Source: Rhizaria sp. SCN 62-66 (taxonomy: Eukaryota). Taken from it: a DNA stretch of 34,427 bases. Under the pieces are notes generated by a model. That model saw only the letters and a program-made list of their open reading frames with translations. It had not been told where the DNA came from and did no database searches. The position numbers and the translations under genes are program-made. This document shows positions 10,523 through 21,466 of the stretch, in pieces. The stretch is from the NCBI GenBank assembly GCA_001724265.1, contig MEDY01000447.1:1-34427 (forward strand), read 5' to 3'. Each line of letters begins with the position of its first letter. Positions within the stretch are counted from its first letter, which is position 1.

Positions 10523-13500
10523 TCGACTGTGGCGGTGGAGCGGGCCGGGTCCTCTTGCGGGTTTTGAGCGTAAAACTCATCGCGAGCCTTCTCCCACAGC
10601 TCGCGGTTGAACTTAGCGTTCTTGATCTTCACGTTAAGGAAGATGCGCTCGACGCGCCACTGGTCAATAAGCTCAAACCGATCGTGCTCCAGCTTCGCCC
10701 GCATCTCCGCCTCCACCGTGACCAACAGCTTCTCCACAGTAACGGCGTCGGCGGCCTGGACACGGCGGGCCGCAATCGCGTTCTCCGCCTGCCAAGCCGC
10801 CGTCGCAAGGATGCCGAACGAAAGGAACTTACCAGAGTACGACGCCATGCGGCCCATGCCTGTCTCGCGCATAAACTGCCACTGCACTAGCAACGACGCC
10901 AGCGCAACGCCTTCGTCAGACGGGCAGACGGGTTGCGAGTCGCTCTTGGACAGGATCGCGAAATCCTCAAGCCCTCGCAGTTCTAGCGGAGTATACGGCT
11001 CGCGTCGGGCACGCTTCGCCTTGAGACGCAGCAGACGCGCCTCACGCTGCTCAAACGTCTCCTTCTTCTTCTCGTCATCCTTGTTGCCGCTCTCAGAAGC
11101 GTCCGCGTCCGCGGCGGCGTCACTGTCAATCATATCCCCAGCAGTGGGCGTGGCAGAGGCAGCGCGAGCGGCACGGCGCTCAGCGCGCGCGGCGAGCAGT
11201 GCGGCACGACGTTGAGCGCGCGCGGCCGGCGTCTCATACAGCACAGGCTGGCGCGTGCCCTGTAGCAGCTCGACCAGGAAGAAGAAACCGAGGCGTTCAC
11301 CAGAACCTTCCATACTGTCCTTGATGGCGCGGTTAATGAGCGCGACGAGCTGCGGGCCACGCAGTTGCGAGCGCCGCGGCCGCTCGTAACAGATCGAGTT
11401 GTACCAGGAGACTTCACCATCGCCGCGGTAAAAACGCGTGTAGACGGGCTCTTGGATGTTGTACCAGCTGAGCCACGGCGTGATGCTGCCGAGGTTGACT
11501 GGCCCCGGCACGCGCGCTAAAGAGCACGCAGAGAGCTGGCCCACAGGGTCAGACACGTCAGACAGCCCGTGCGACGCGATACGGCGCACACCATCCTCCT
11601 CGACAACGTCATCGCGGGACTTATCGGCAGAGAACACGCCTACTTCGCGCTGCAGCAGCGGGGTTGTGAAGAGCGTCATCTGCGTCGTGTCCGCAAGCGT
11701 CGCGCGGCGACGGCAAATAGCGCCGTCTGCGCCTGCGTAGTACACGAAGTCAGCGGCGGCGCGCACGGCTTCAGCGACAACAGCGTACTTGGTATCGACG
11801 AGCGCCACGTCCTTGTGAAACTTATGCGGTGCGAAATCGTCGCTCTGCGAGGCCTGCGTGTTAAGAATGCTGGCCCAGCAGCGGATTTCACGCGGCAACG
11901 GCTCCGTGCGCCTGTCCTGCGCGTCTTGCAGCATCTCCAACAGCGCCGACCGGTCGCGAAGATCGATCTGACACGGCACCGAGACCTGACCAATCTTGCT
12001 CGCATACTCGACGGCATCGCTCATGACATCGTAGGCGGCGTCGGTGTCCACGCCCTTGCCAGTCTCCACGTCCGACGTACGCCATTCGACGCGGTCGGGG
12101 CACGACGCGAGCCGCAGCTGCAGCTGAATGCGCACGGCGGCGGCGTCCGGATGTGAGTCGCCCAGTGACGCCTCGACTTGCTTGAACATGAAAGCGTCCT
12201 CGAGCTCCAGCGCGGTGTCCACGTGCACAGCAGAGGCGAGCGCGAATGCCTCAGCGTAGCACCGGTGCAGCAGGCGCAGTGTGAGCAAGTACGCCAGCGG
12301 CCCCGCACCGGCGGACAGCGGCAGCGACACGCGCGTGAGAGACGTGTGCACTGGGTAGAGGTAAAACCGCGCCTTCACAGCATCCTGCCAGTCCGCGTGG
12401 TCACGCTGCTGCTCCAAGTCCGCGGTCAGCGGACTCACGCGCACCTCAGGCCGCACGACGGGGTAGTTGGGCACGAGCAAGAAGAACGCGTTGACAGCGT
12501 CTTGCATGAGCAGCGCATGCGGAAGACCCATGAAAAGCGGGGCAAGCTCATACGACCGCACATCCGAGACGTAGAGATTCGCGTGGTCACGGGAGTACAG
12601 CCGCGCGCGTCCACCCACTTCGCGCACATCGAGCGAGAGACCCAGTCGCGGGAGCCAGACCGTATCAAGCCGCAAACGCGCCACGGCCGCGGCCGCCGCG
12701 AGCGCGGAGGAGTCGAGCGCGCAGTCAAGCAACCCCGCCGTGAGCGACAGCGGCGCAGTGCCAGCCGCGAGCGCGGCGGTGCGCGAGGCGGCAGAGAGCA
12801 AAAACGGCGAGACATCGAGCTCAGCGGGGGGAGTCGCCCACACGAGCGCGTGCGAGAGGTCTTCCACGCGCGTCACCACATCCGCCAGCCGGCCCAGCGG
12901 GGAGCCGGGGATGGTGGCCGAGAGGTTGACCAGCAGTCGCACCGATGCGCTGGCGTTGGCACCATGCGTCACCGCGTCGCCAGCAGTGGCTGCGATGTCG
13001 ACTGGGTGCGGGATCCGGTACACAAGGGCACCGGTACGGCCGAGCGCGCGGAGAAACTCAAGCGGACGGTCAACGCTGTTCCTGCTGTTAGAAGCGATGT
13101 CGTCGGGGAGACGACAGGGCTTGACCAGGACACCGAAGCGCCACTGCGGGAGCGCGGCGTTGGCGGCAGTGGGCACACCGCGCAGGCAAAAGTCCTCAAG
13201 CGAGAGTGAAAAGTGGAACTTCTCAAGCAGAACCGCGGGCAACAGGCCGTTAAGCGCAAATTTAGGCACGAAAAGCGTCGAGCCAGCGGGCGCCCATGCC
13301 CACGAGCCCACCAACGCGGCGGGAGGGCCGGCAGACTGGCGGACAACGACAAGCGAGCCGTTGCGGTCCGCCGCCGCAGCGGGGTTGCCGCGCGCGAAGC
13401 GGTTCGTCTCAGTGAAAAAGCGTGTGCGCTTGCGAGGCTTGCTCTTGTTGCCCGCGTCATCCGCGGCGTCGGCGCTGCCCGAGCACGCGTCGGCCGCGAA

Positions 13501-16500
13501 CGACGATAACGCCAGCGAGCCAACCGTGGCGAACGCGAGCGACAAGTACATCACGCGGCCCTGCTCCACGAGCATGTAGATCTGAATCGCGGCACGGCGG
13601 CGCGCAAGAACCGCCAGACGCCATGTCTCAGACTGCGGGTCAAAACCAAGCAGTGAGACAAACGCAGCGTCCGCGGGCGCGGCGGCAGCGGGGAGAAACC
13701 ACGAGAAGTTGAGCTTCTCACGCTCCAAGTAGACTTCGTTGAGGAACGGCTCGAACAGGCGCGCGACCCACTCTTCGCCGTCGCCCAGCGGCGTGGAGCC
13801 GTAGCGACGCGTGTAGAACGTCCCGCGGAACTCCGCACCGTGCAGCTCGGCCAACAGCGACGGGCGCGCCGGCGCGTTTGCGTCCAGCGCACCCGCGGCG
13901 GCCTCGGCGCCCGACAGAGGGCGTGGCATTGCGGCAAGGGGCTCGAACATCGAGTATCCCTGCCAAGCCTCGAGCCGCGCGTCGCTGCCGAAAACGTTGA
14001 ACACGGCGCGCGCCGAGTGCGTATCCGCGCGCGTCACCAGCGGTTGTCCGCCGCCCAGTGCGTCGCGGAATGTACCGTGGCGAGCGACCGTTTCCGGCAC
14101 AGGCATCACACTGGAGGCCTTGGAAGAAACCAGAGCAGTGACGAGGGACAGAGTCGCGCCGGTTGTGGGCTGCCAGAACTCGCCGGCGACCTCAGCAACA
14201 GCCTCCCAAGCACCGTTCTTACTCTCAGCGCTCGCATCGCTGCTGCTAACATTGTTGTTGCTGTTGGCGCTGTTATTACCAGCAGCGCTGGCGGGCCCGC
14301 CCTGGATCCAGTGCAGTGCAGTGGCCATGACAGCAGACAGCGCGGCACGAGGCTGGCCGCACAACCACACATGCAGCGCACGGCGCCGTGCAGCGAGCAG
14401 AGCGTAGACTTCATCGCCAGGCACAGGGACGTGCGCGGCCCACGTGTCTGCGACTGCGGGGCCAGCGCCGGCGCCGCCGAGCCCGGTCTCGTCCTCGTCC
14501 TCGAGAAGCTTGGCGTCGGCGTCGTCGTCGTCCCTGTCCACGTCAGCGACGGACTGGTCGCCAGTCGCAAGCGCGCCGCCGGCAGCAGCACCGGCGGCAG
14601 CAGAGCCAGCAGCGCCCGCGGCGGCGGAGCTAGACTCAGCCTTGCTCTTCGCGTTGGCAGAGCGCTGGAGGAAGCCATGGCGATCCTTCTGCTTCGGCGC
14701 CGCCGCAGCCGGGTCCGGAGCGTCAGCCAGAGTCACTGCAGAATCCCGCTGGTGCGTGTCCGCGTTCCAGGTCTGCGCGAAACCGACCGCGCCCAGAAGC
14801 ACTGCGGCCTGAGACGGAGTGAGTGCGTCAAGCGAGAACAACTCGTGTCCACCACTCAACGCACTTGCGATCGCAGGAGCACTGCCAGCGGATGGTGATG
14901 AGTCAGCGGTGGCGATGTTGTGGTTGCGGAAGATGAGTGCGACGTGCGCGTGCAGTGCGACACAGCACGGCAAGTCACGGAACGAGACAGTCGAACTATT
15001 GCTGCTGCTGCTCTCGGAAGCCTTGCCAGCGTTCGAGGCCGCGACCGCCGCGGCAGAAGCAGCAGCAGCAGCGGAAGCGGCGGCTGCGCTGGCATCGGCA
15101 CCCGCGGGCGCGAGTGCGAGCGCGCGCCAGTGCAGCAGCAGCGGCAGAGCAGTGCGAACAAGGCGCACACGGACCTCCGCCAGCTGAACACGCAGCGCGT
15201 CAGCAGTGGCGCGCGCGGCCTCGGTCGAAGGCTGAGCAAAGGGCGAGTAGACACGGGCACTGCTGTAGCGCGCTGTGGTGACGCCGCGCAGCGCGAAGAC
15301 AAGCCAGCGCTCGACGCGGACGAGCAGGCGCAGAACAAACAGCAGCGGGGCGGCGATCGCACCTGTGGGCAGCGCGCTCGCCAGCTGCGGCGAAGCGGCG
15401 GCAGCGGTGTCATTGGCCGAGTGAGACGCCGAATCGGTCGGGGACATAAGCGCCGAGAGCTCAGCGGGCGTGGCCGTGGAGAAAAGCGCTGCCACAGCGG
15501 CGTCGGCTGAGAGTGTGGGGTCCAAAGCGGCAAGCGCGGCAGCCGTGGGGGGCGCGAAACGGGCGGCCACAGTGTCGAACATGTCACAAAGAGGGCGCAC
15601 GACGGCAGCGGGTGCATGCAGCACTTCGTTCGTCAGCAAACCAAACGGCGTGCCGAGACGGAACGGATGCACAGGCACTTGCGTCACAGCGCGGCCGAAG
15701 GAGAACGCCGACTGGAAGCGGTGCGGCTCTGTCACGACAGTGAAGAGAAGCTCGCGCAGAGCAGCGTTCTGCAGCCAGTTGTCCTTGGCGCCGGCGGCGA
15801 ATTGGGCCAGAATGAGCGGGATGCGCGCGTAGGGCTCCGACAGCGCGCTGAGCAGGCGTTCGGCGACCTCTGCGGTGAGGTAATGGTGGAACGACGGGTG
15901 CTCCGGGGTCAGCAACACGGCCTGTTCCGGGAGGTCAACGCAGAGAACAGAGTCGAAGTCGGCAGTAAGCACGACTGACTCGTTGCGAGACATGTACACA
16001 GCAGCGTTCCTGCTACCAGAACCACCAGCAGCAGCAGCGCCGGTAGCGACAACAGCGGTAACAGTCGCGGCGCGAGCGGTGCTCACAACAAGCTGAGCCG
16101 CGTCACCGCCGACAGCCTTGATGTCACCGGTGGGGCGCGGCTTCGTGACCTTGGGGGCAAATGACGTGCTCTCGTGCGCAAACACACGGCCCGAAGCACC
16201 GCCACCGTGGCCGCCCGCATCGTCGCCGTCCCCGTCAGCAACGGGCACAAGCGCGGCCTCGTCGCCACCCGCCGTCGAGTGCGTCGCGGTCTCGGCATCG
16301 TCGTTGTGCCGCTTGAAGTAGCCGCCGCCGTCGTTGGGGTCGAAAGGGGCCGCAGCGGGCAGCGCAGCGGACGGCGCGAATGCCTCCGGCGCGGCGGGGG
16401 GCGGACCAGCGCTCTCGAAGTCACCAGCGCCCTTGCCACGGGCGGCAAGAGCGGCGTTGACGCTCTGCGACGCGCGGATAAGCGCTGCGAGCTTCGGGTC

Positions 16501-19500
16501 AGCATTCTCGGCGTTGGGCTTCGAGTAATAGTTGGGCGAGGCGGGCGTGGTCACCAGTGTGCGGCCTTCGTCAAACTGCACTTGCTTCGCCTTGGCGAAC
16601 ACGCGGAGGAAGACTGCAAGACGCGACTTGTTGACGCCAGTACCGAAAAAAGACCACTGGAACGAGGACGAGCGCTCGGTCCACAGGCGCTGCGGGAAAA
16701 ACTCCCTGCGCGCGCTTTGCGGCAAGAGAAGCAGCTGCAGTGAGTAAGCGATATCACGCCAGACGAGGAACTCGGGGTGGTGCGCCGCAATAGGCGTGAT
16801 TTCCTTCGCGTGTCCGACGGAGTCGAACGACCGGCAGGAACAGAACCAGCGTCCGACGGCCTCAACCACGGAGCATTCGGTGCCGCGCTCAGACTTAGGT
16901 CGCGAACGCTCAATCACGATACCGGACTCGGCGGAAAAAGAACGCATCAACTCCAGCTCCGGCGCACCGAGGCCGAGAGTGAACGTGCGGCTACTGCTCG
17001 AGTCGGGGGTCGCGAAGACCAATGTATCCGCGCGCGCCTCGCGCTCCTTGAGATACGCCAGAGTCAAGCCACGCGCGACGGCGGTGGCGGGCTCGTTCAG
17101 CGGCAGAAGCGCCGTGAGCACATCAAGCGGGACGCCGTTGTTATCACTCGTCTTGACCGCGACGATCGGGTACCGCTGCTCATCAACCAGCGCCGGCTGC
17201 AGAGGGAGACCGCCTTCGATGACCGCAGTCCAAGGACCTGGGAGGTCGGTGGGCCGCACGCGCAACAGCGCGTCTGAGATGGCAAGCAACTGTGCCATGA
17301 CAGCGATGTTACGCGCTTCCGCAGACGGCGCAGACTGGTTGGTAGACACAACAGCGGTCAAGAGCAGTGCAGAAGTGCGCGCAAGCACGTCGAGAGCGCG
17401 GCGTTGCTCCCCCAGAGTCATGTTGACGTCCTGCCAAGCGCAGCAGAGCACGCGCCCGCCCGCGGGGCCAGCAGCCTCAGTCTCAGTCTCGCCGTCAGCC
17501 ATCGGTGAAGCGCAGCCGCTGATCGCGCTGCGAGAGCGCGCACCAAGAGCGTCGTCTTCGTCGTCGTTGACTGTGGGCTTATTGCGGTTCTTGGCCGCCT
17601 GAGCCTCGACTTCGTTCTCGTCACGAGCCGCGTTTTCGCTCTCGTTCAGCGCGGCAGACTGGGCGGACACGCCGATCTCTGATCGGCGCCACGGCAGCAG
17701 CTCCAGACCGCGCTCGCGGAGAGTCTTGGGCACAGGTACGTGCTCGCTGATCGCGGCGCAGAGGAAATGAACCGCGTGGAGATAATGCGTATGCGTCTTT
17801 TGCTTCAGCAGAGCAGCCACGGTCTCATTCGCACGCTCCAGAGTCAGAACAGCGTCAGTCTGCTCCTTAGCAAGCCGCGCGGCGACTGAGTCCACAATGA
17901 TCGCCTCTGCTGACTCAGCAGCCTCGCCAGGCGTTGCCGATAGTGAGAAGACGGGGGCGTCGTCGGGCGCGGAGTGTGTGGGCAGCAGAGTGACGAGATC
18001 AGGCATCGGCAGCACAGGCTCAGACGTGTCAGCACCGACGTACTTACTCGTCTCAGCAGAGTGATCCGCGGTGAAAGGGTCGAAACCACCGTGCAGAGCG
18101 ACCGCGCCAGAGCACTCAGCTTCAGCGCGCAGCACCGGCGGGAGATACGTCAGCGTCTGCGCCTTGGACGGCAGCTCGCAAAGCGAGGAGAGCGGCAGCA
18201 GCTGCTGCGAGAGGTCAGCGACAGCGCCGGGGGCGTTGCGCTTCTCCTCAACATCGTCGTCATCGTCATCGCTGTCGTTCTTGCCGCGGGTGCTGGTCGC
18301 GAGCGCGCCGGCGACGTCGCACGACCCCTGCCGCAGCAGCAGATCGGGCTGCAGCGCCAGGCCCAAGCCCATGCCAGCGGCGTCCAACGGCGCGCCGGTG
18401 GAGTCAGCAGCCCCGTCCTCATCGTCATCGCTGTCTGCGTCGGCGTCGACCTCGGTATCGTCGATCGCAAGCGTGACCGACGCAGGCGTGTACGCAGTGA
18501 CATCAGTGCTGACAACACCGCCAACAGCAGCGGCCATCACACGCTTACTGCTCGAGCTAGGTCCGCTGGCGCGCTTGCCGTCGTGGGCGAGCAGAAGCTC
18601 CTGGTACGCGGCGTCAGCAGCGACACTGGTCAGGTAGGTCGGCGCCCACTGGAGCGAGTCCGGCACCGGCAGCGCAGCGAGCCTGCGCTCAATGCGCGTC
18701 AACAGCCTGCGCAGAGCCTCACGGTCGACAGAGGTCGCATTGACGCGGAGCAGAGCCATCGCGGTCTGGCGGGCGCCAATGCGGATCAACGGGATGTCCG
18801 AGGCGTCGTAAAGCGCCGTGCAAACGTTGAGATCGCGGAGAGCGTCCTCGAGGATCATAAAGCGGATCCAGTAGGAAATGCTCTTCCACGTCTCATGTGT
18901 GATACCAGCGGCCATGAGGAGATAGCGGGAAAGCTCGACCACACAGCGGTAGTAGCACGTGCCAGCGCGCTGAGGAGTGCGGAAACTGCCGTTGAGCCAC
19001 GCAGGCTTTGTGGACATGCGCAGAGTCAGGGGGCCGCCGGCGAGCCACGGCAGGATTACATGGTACAGCATCTCGACCTAGAAAATGCGAGCGGAATACA
19101 ATAGGAGACGAAATAAATCGAATTAGCGAAATTAAAACATAGACATGTTTTCGGAAAATTAGGCGAGATTGTCATGTTTTTGTCTTTAAACAGTGCAAAA
19201 AAGGGTACCTGGTGGTCGTCGCTAGGGTAGGTCATTGCGCGGAGATACAGAGTCCAAAAAAGCTCCGAAGCCATTCGGCCACGCGGAATCCGCGGCACAC
19301 ACATCGTGGTGACTTGTCGTGTCTTGGTACCATGCGCCATGCCAGGATGGTTATCAAGACCGTTACCGGAGTTGCAGATTACGAAGTCGTACTCGTCTTC
19401 ACCGCTGCCATTACGGGTGATATCACCGTTCAGCTGCCCCATGTCAAGGCCGACCTTGGCTCCCTCCGCGCCTGCCGCGGCAGCCGCGGCAACGATCGCG

Positions 19501-21466
19501 TCGTTGTTCGCCGCGCCGCCGCCGCGGACGACGATCTGCATGATCGCGTGTCCGCCGTGCGGCTTGCGGTAGCCGCCCGGGAACGCGTATACTTCACCGG
19601 GCTGCAGCGCGAGAATCTTCTGCGTGTGTTGATACGCCAGCGCGGCCAGCGCAGTCTCCTTGATGGTCGGCGCAGCGGCCGCAGCGCCCGCGGAGCCGCC
19701 CAACGCACGCTTGCGGTTAAAATCCGCGGCGGCCTGATCGCTGCCGGCGGCGGCCGAGTCTTCACCTTTCTGGCGGCCTAGCAAAGCGCGCGCACCGTCG
19801 TCGATGGCGACGTCGTCTTCGTCGGGCTCGGCGCCGGAGATGGCTGCGCGCGCGCGGCGGCGGCCGATGGCGGTGGAGACCATATCCCAGATGCTCTCGA
19901 GCGGGAGAGTGGCGATGTCGACGGGCGCGGCTGACTCTGCGCTGGACTTGAAGTCGTCTTCGTCGTCAGAGTCAGTCCAAGCGCCGTCAGCGTCATCGCT
20001 ATCCCGCGCAGCAGCAGAGGGAGCAGCGGCTTTGTCTTTATCTGTCATGGTCGTGGTCGTGGTCGATGGCTTGGTGCCATCCTCCGCGGCGTCGTCATCG
20101 CCGTCAGCGTTGGTGCTCGAGGCGGCAAGAACGCCGTTTTTGAAGCTAACACCAGACGGATCCTCAGCCGGCATCGCCGTCACGAGGTTAAACTCCTTCG
20201 CAGCTTCATGTGCCTGTCGCAGAGTTGCGCTCACACGCGCCACGGCCGCGCGCGTGCCCGCCGACACGGTCTGCAGCGGCGCGATGCGGTCTGGCAATTG
20301 CGCGAGATAATGCTCGAAGAAAACGAGCGAGTCAAGCACACTTCCGCCCTCAAGTTCGGTGTTTTTGACGAACGGGTCGCCGAATTGACCTACGAAACCA
20401 CGCGCTTGCCAGACCGGGAACGGGTGCGGGTGGACGCGCATCGACGCCAGCGCATACCGCGTGTCTGGCACGACTGACCGCATCGCAAGAGCGGCGAGCG
20501 CAGGGTCAGAGTCGACGGCCGGGTGGGTCTGCCAGTGTTTGGGACGCTTGAAGCGGGACTCGAGCGTGTGGTTCAGAGGCAGACGCGGGGTGGTACCGAC
20601 TGAGCTGCCACAGTAGACGGCCTCGCCCTTGGACAGTAAGATCGGCTCGGCGTAGAGCGCGCCGGTGCAGTTGGGAGCGTAGTGTTGCGCGAGGGAGAAC
20701 ACGTGCCCACGTGCCAACGCGGCCTCGTATGAAGCCTTGGTAAGCAGTGCGCCGTCGAGAGACTGCACTTCAGCAGTAGCACAGGCTTCGCAGACGAGTC
20801 CCATGAGCTCGAACGATGAGTCCGTGTCAAACTCGGACTTGTCGGAAGCGTTGTACACGGCGAGTGCCATTGCGAACACGGCCGGGTCGGACATGACCCA
20901 CATCGAGACGTCGGCGCGCGTTTCGTCGCAATTGCGGCAGGCGTTGCACCAAGGGGATGACGTGTCAGTGGAGCACGAGTAGTAGCTAGACTCGGAGCCC
21001 TTAACGCACTGGCTGCACGCGGCGTGGCCGTTACCCTTGGCGAAGCTCAGCATGGAGCTGTGTTCACGGCAGCCGGGAAACTCGCAGTACTTGCAGTTAG
21101 GGCAGATCAGGACGCCGATTTTGTGAAAGAGACTCTCACTCGCCTTAGGTTTCACTACAGGGACGTCCATCAGCCGTGAGAGGTCATCGTAGACGGCCGT
21201 GTCGGCTGCTGTCATGACGTTTGTCCGCGGTAGCTGCATCGGAGCAGCGGCCCCAGATTCGGCGTTGGTGTTGTGGTCGGTAATTGACTGCCCGGCCTAA
21301 GGAGCCGAGGCGTCACTCAAAAACGACATAACCCCTAAAAGTATAAAAATACACACAGTGGAAAATCAATGAGTCTTGTGTTTGTTCGATGGCAGCGCGT
21401 TACAAAGTCCACAGAGCTAGGATATGTCGGCGCTCTGCTCGCCTCGCTCAACAAACTGGGCGCCAT
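1221..21466 (-). CDS. Gene A (spliced; exons 21466-21404 tentative, 21296-19209, 19077-4105, 3977-1221; 6,626 aa by this model): giant DUF3638/DUF3645-family protein with Cys-rich N-terminus, putative Cys-protease (DUB-like) module, SF2-helicase-like ATPase and C-terminal EF-hands
   Basis: Three long minus-strand ORFs (727, 4995, 893 aa) join in phase 0 across two GT-AG introns, giving continuous motifs across the junctions (YPSDDHQ|VEMLYHVILP and DQVHTVGIDISQ|APNAVAAITLGKDLTLRDYSQGAYRMRG). Other motifs: QMLMGAGKTT, MDEVD, AVPYAGKDAPMPSSEFAHPDV, GFSGTP. Ends at TAA 1223-1221. The 5' end is uncertain (ATG 21466, 21329 or 21239). Confidence 0.88.
1278..1535 (-). other. EF-hand pair at gene A C-terminus
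   Basis: AFAAFDSAGCGWLRKDDVARLL (degenerate loop) and MRSADADRDGLVGCKEFLNW (canonical DxDxDGxVxxxE loop). Confidence 0.75.
2869..2948 (-). repeat. Three tandem GPPP(L/I)(N/T)S peptide repeats
   Basis: SGPPPLNSSGGGPPPLTSVGPPPITSV. Confidence 0.7.
3978..4104 (-). other. Spliceosomal intron, 127 nt, phase 0
   Basis: GTACGC donor, AT-rich body, 3' end TTTTTTCTAACGTTCTCAG with CTAAC branch-like site. Removal restores the reading frame and joins motif V-like to motif VI-like segments. Confidence 0.93.
4105..19077 (-). CDS. Gene A main exon (4,991 codons)
   Basis: Uninterrupted ~15 kb ORF bounded by acceptor TTTTCTAG|GTC (19078) and donor CAG|GTACGC (4104). Collinear motifs shared with gene B. 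Confidence 0.92.
5566..5640. repeat. (GTT/AAC)n microsatellite encoding poly-Asn in gene A
   Basis: Visible GTT trinucleotide run with a few GCT interruptions. Encodes SNNNNNNSNNNNNNNNNNNSNSGNNN. Confidence 0.95.
6541..6860 (-). repeat. Low-complexity Asp/Glu/Ser-rich tract in gene A ATPase
   Basis: DDDDNNNIDDGDNDE ... SDSDSFSDLDSGSEKSSDKDDDDDEEEEEEDDDDK, with TCG/TCC/TCA triplet runs on the plus strand. Confidence 0.8.
18955..19550 (-). other. Putative cysteine-protease catalytic module (His 19550-19548, Asn 19373-19371, Gln 18972-18970, Cys 18957-18955), split by an intron
   Basis: GGHAIMQIV ... FVICNSGNG ... PQRAGTCYY: His-Asn-Gln-Cys order as in CE-clan (Ulp1-like) proteases, though Q-x4-C is shorter than Ulp1's spacing. 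Function is inferred. Confidence 0.6.
19078..19208 (-). other. Spliceosomal intron, 131 nt, phase 0
   Basis: GTACCC donor, AT-rich body, CATTTTCTAG acceptor. The spliced product aligns with the uninterrupted equivalent region of gene B. Confidence 0.9.
19209..21296 (-). CDS. Gene A upstream exon (696 codons): Cys-rich region, acidic linker, first half of the protease module
   Basis: The 727-aa ORF stays open upstream to 21296. Coding-like composition ends at donor CAG|GTACCC (19208), after which the ORF reads AT-rich intron sequence. Confidence 0.85.
20610..21104 (-). other. Cys-rich, probable Zn-binding N-terminal region of gene A
   Basis: CPNCKYC, CREH, HAACSQC, CNACRNC, CEAC, RGH, YCG. 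Confidence 0.55.
21404..21466 (-). CDS. Tentative first exon of gene A (MAPSLLSEASRAPTYPSSVDF)
   Basis: AAAATGG start context and donor TTT|GTAACG at 21403, phase 0 with acceptor CCTTAG|GCC at 21297. A stronger-looking acceptor at 21335 would be skipped, so the model is uncertain. Confidence 0.4.

Noticed and set aside
1231..21000. Many plus-strand and off-frame ORFs overlapping gene A (e.g. 5122-6627, 17974-19104)
   Set aside because: Shadow ORFs expected from GC-rich, codon-biased coding DNA; low-complexity Arg/Ala/Ser products with no motifs.
1221..21239. Three separate minus-strand genes as implied by the ORF track
   Set aside because: Canonical phase-0 introns join them, and conserved motifs continue across both junctions.
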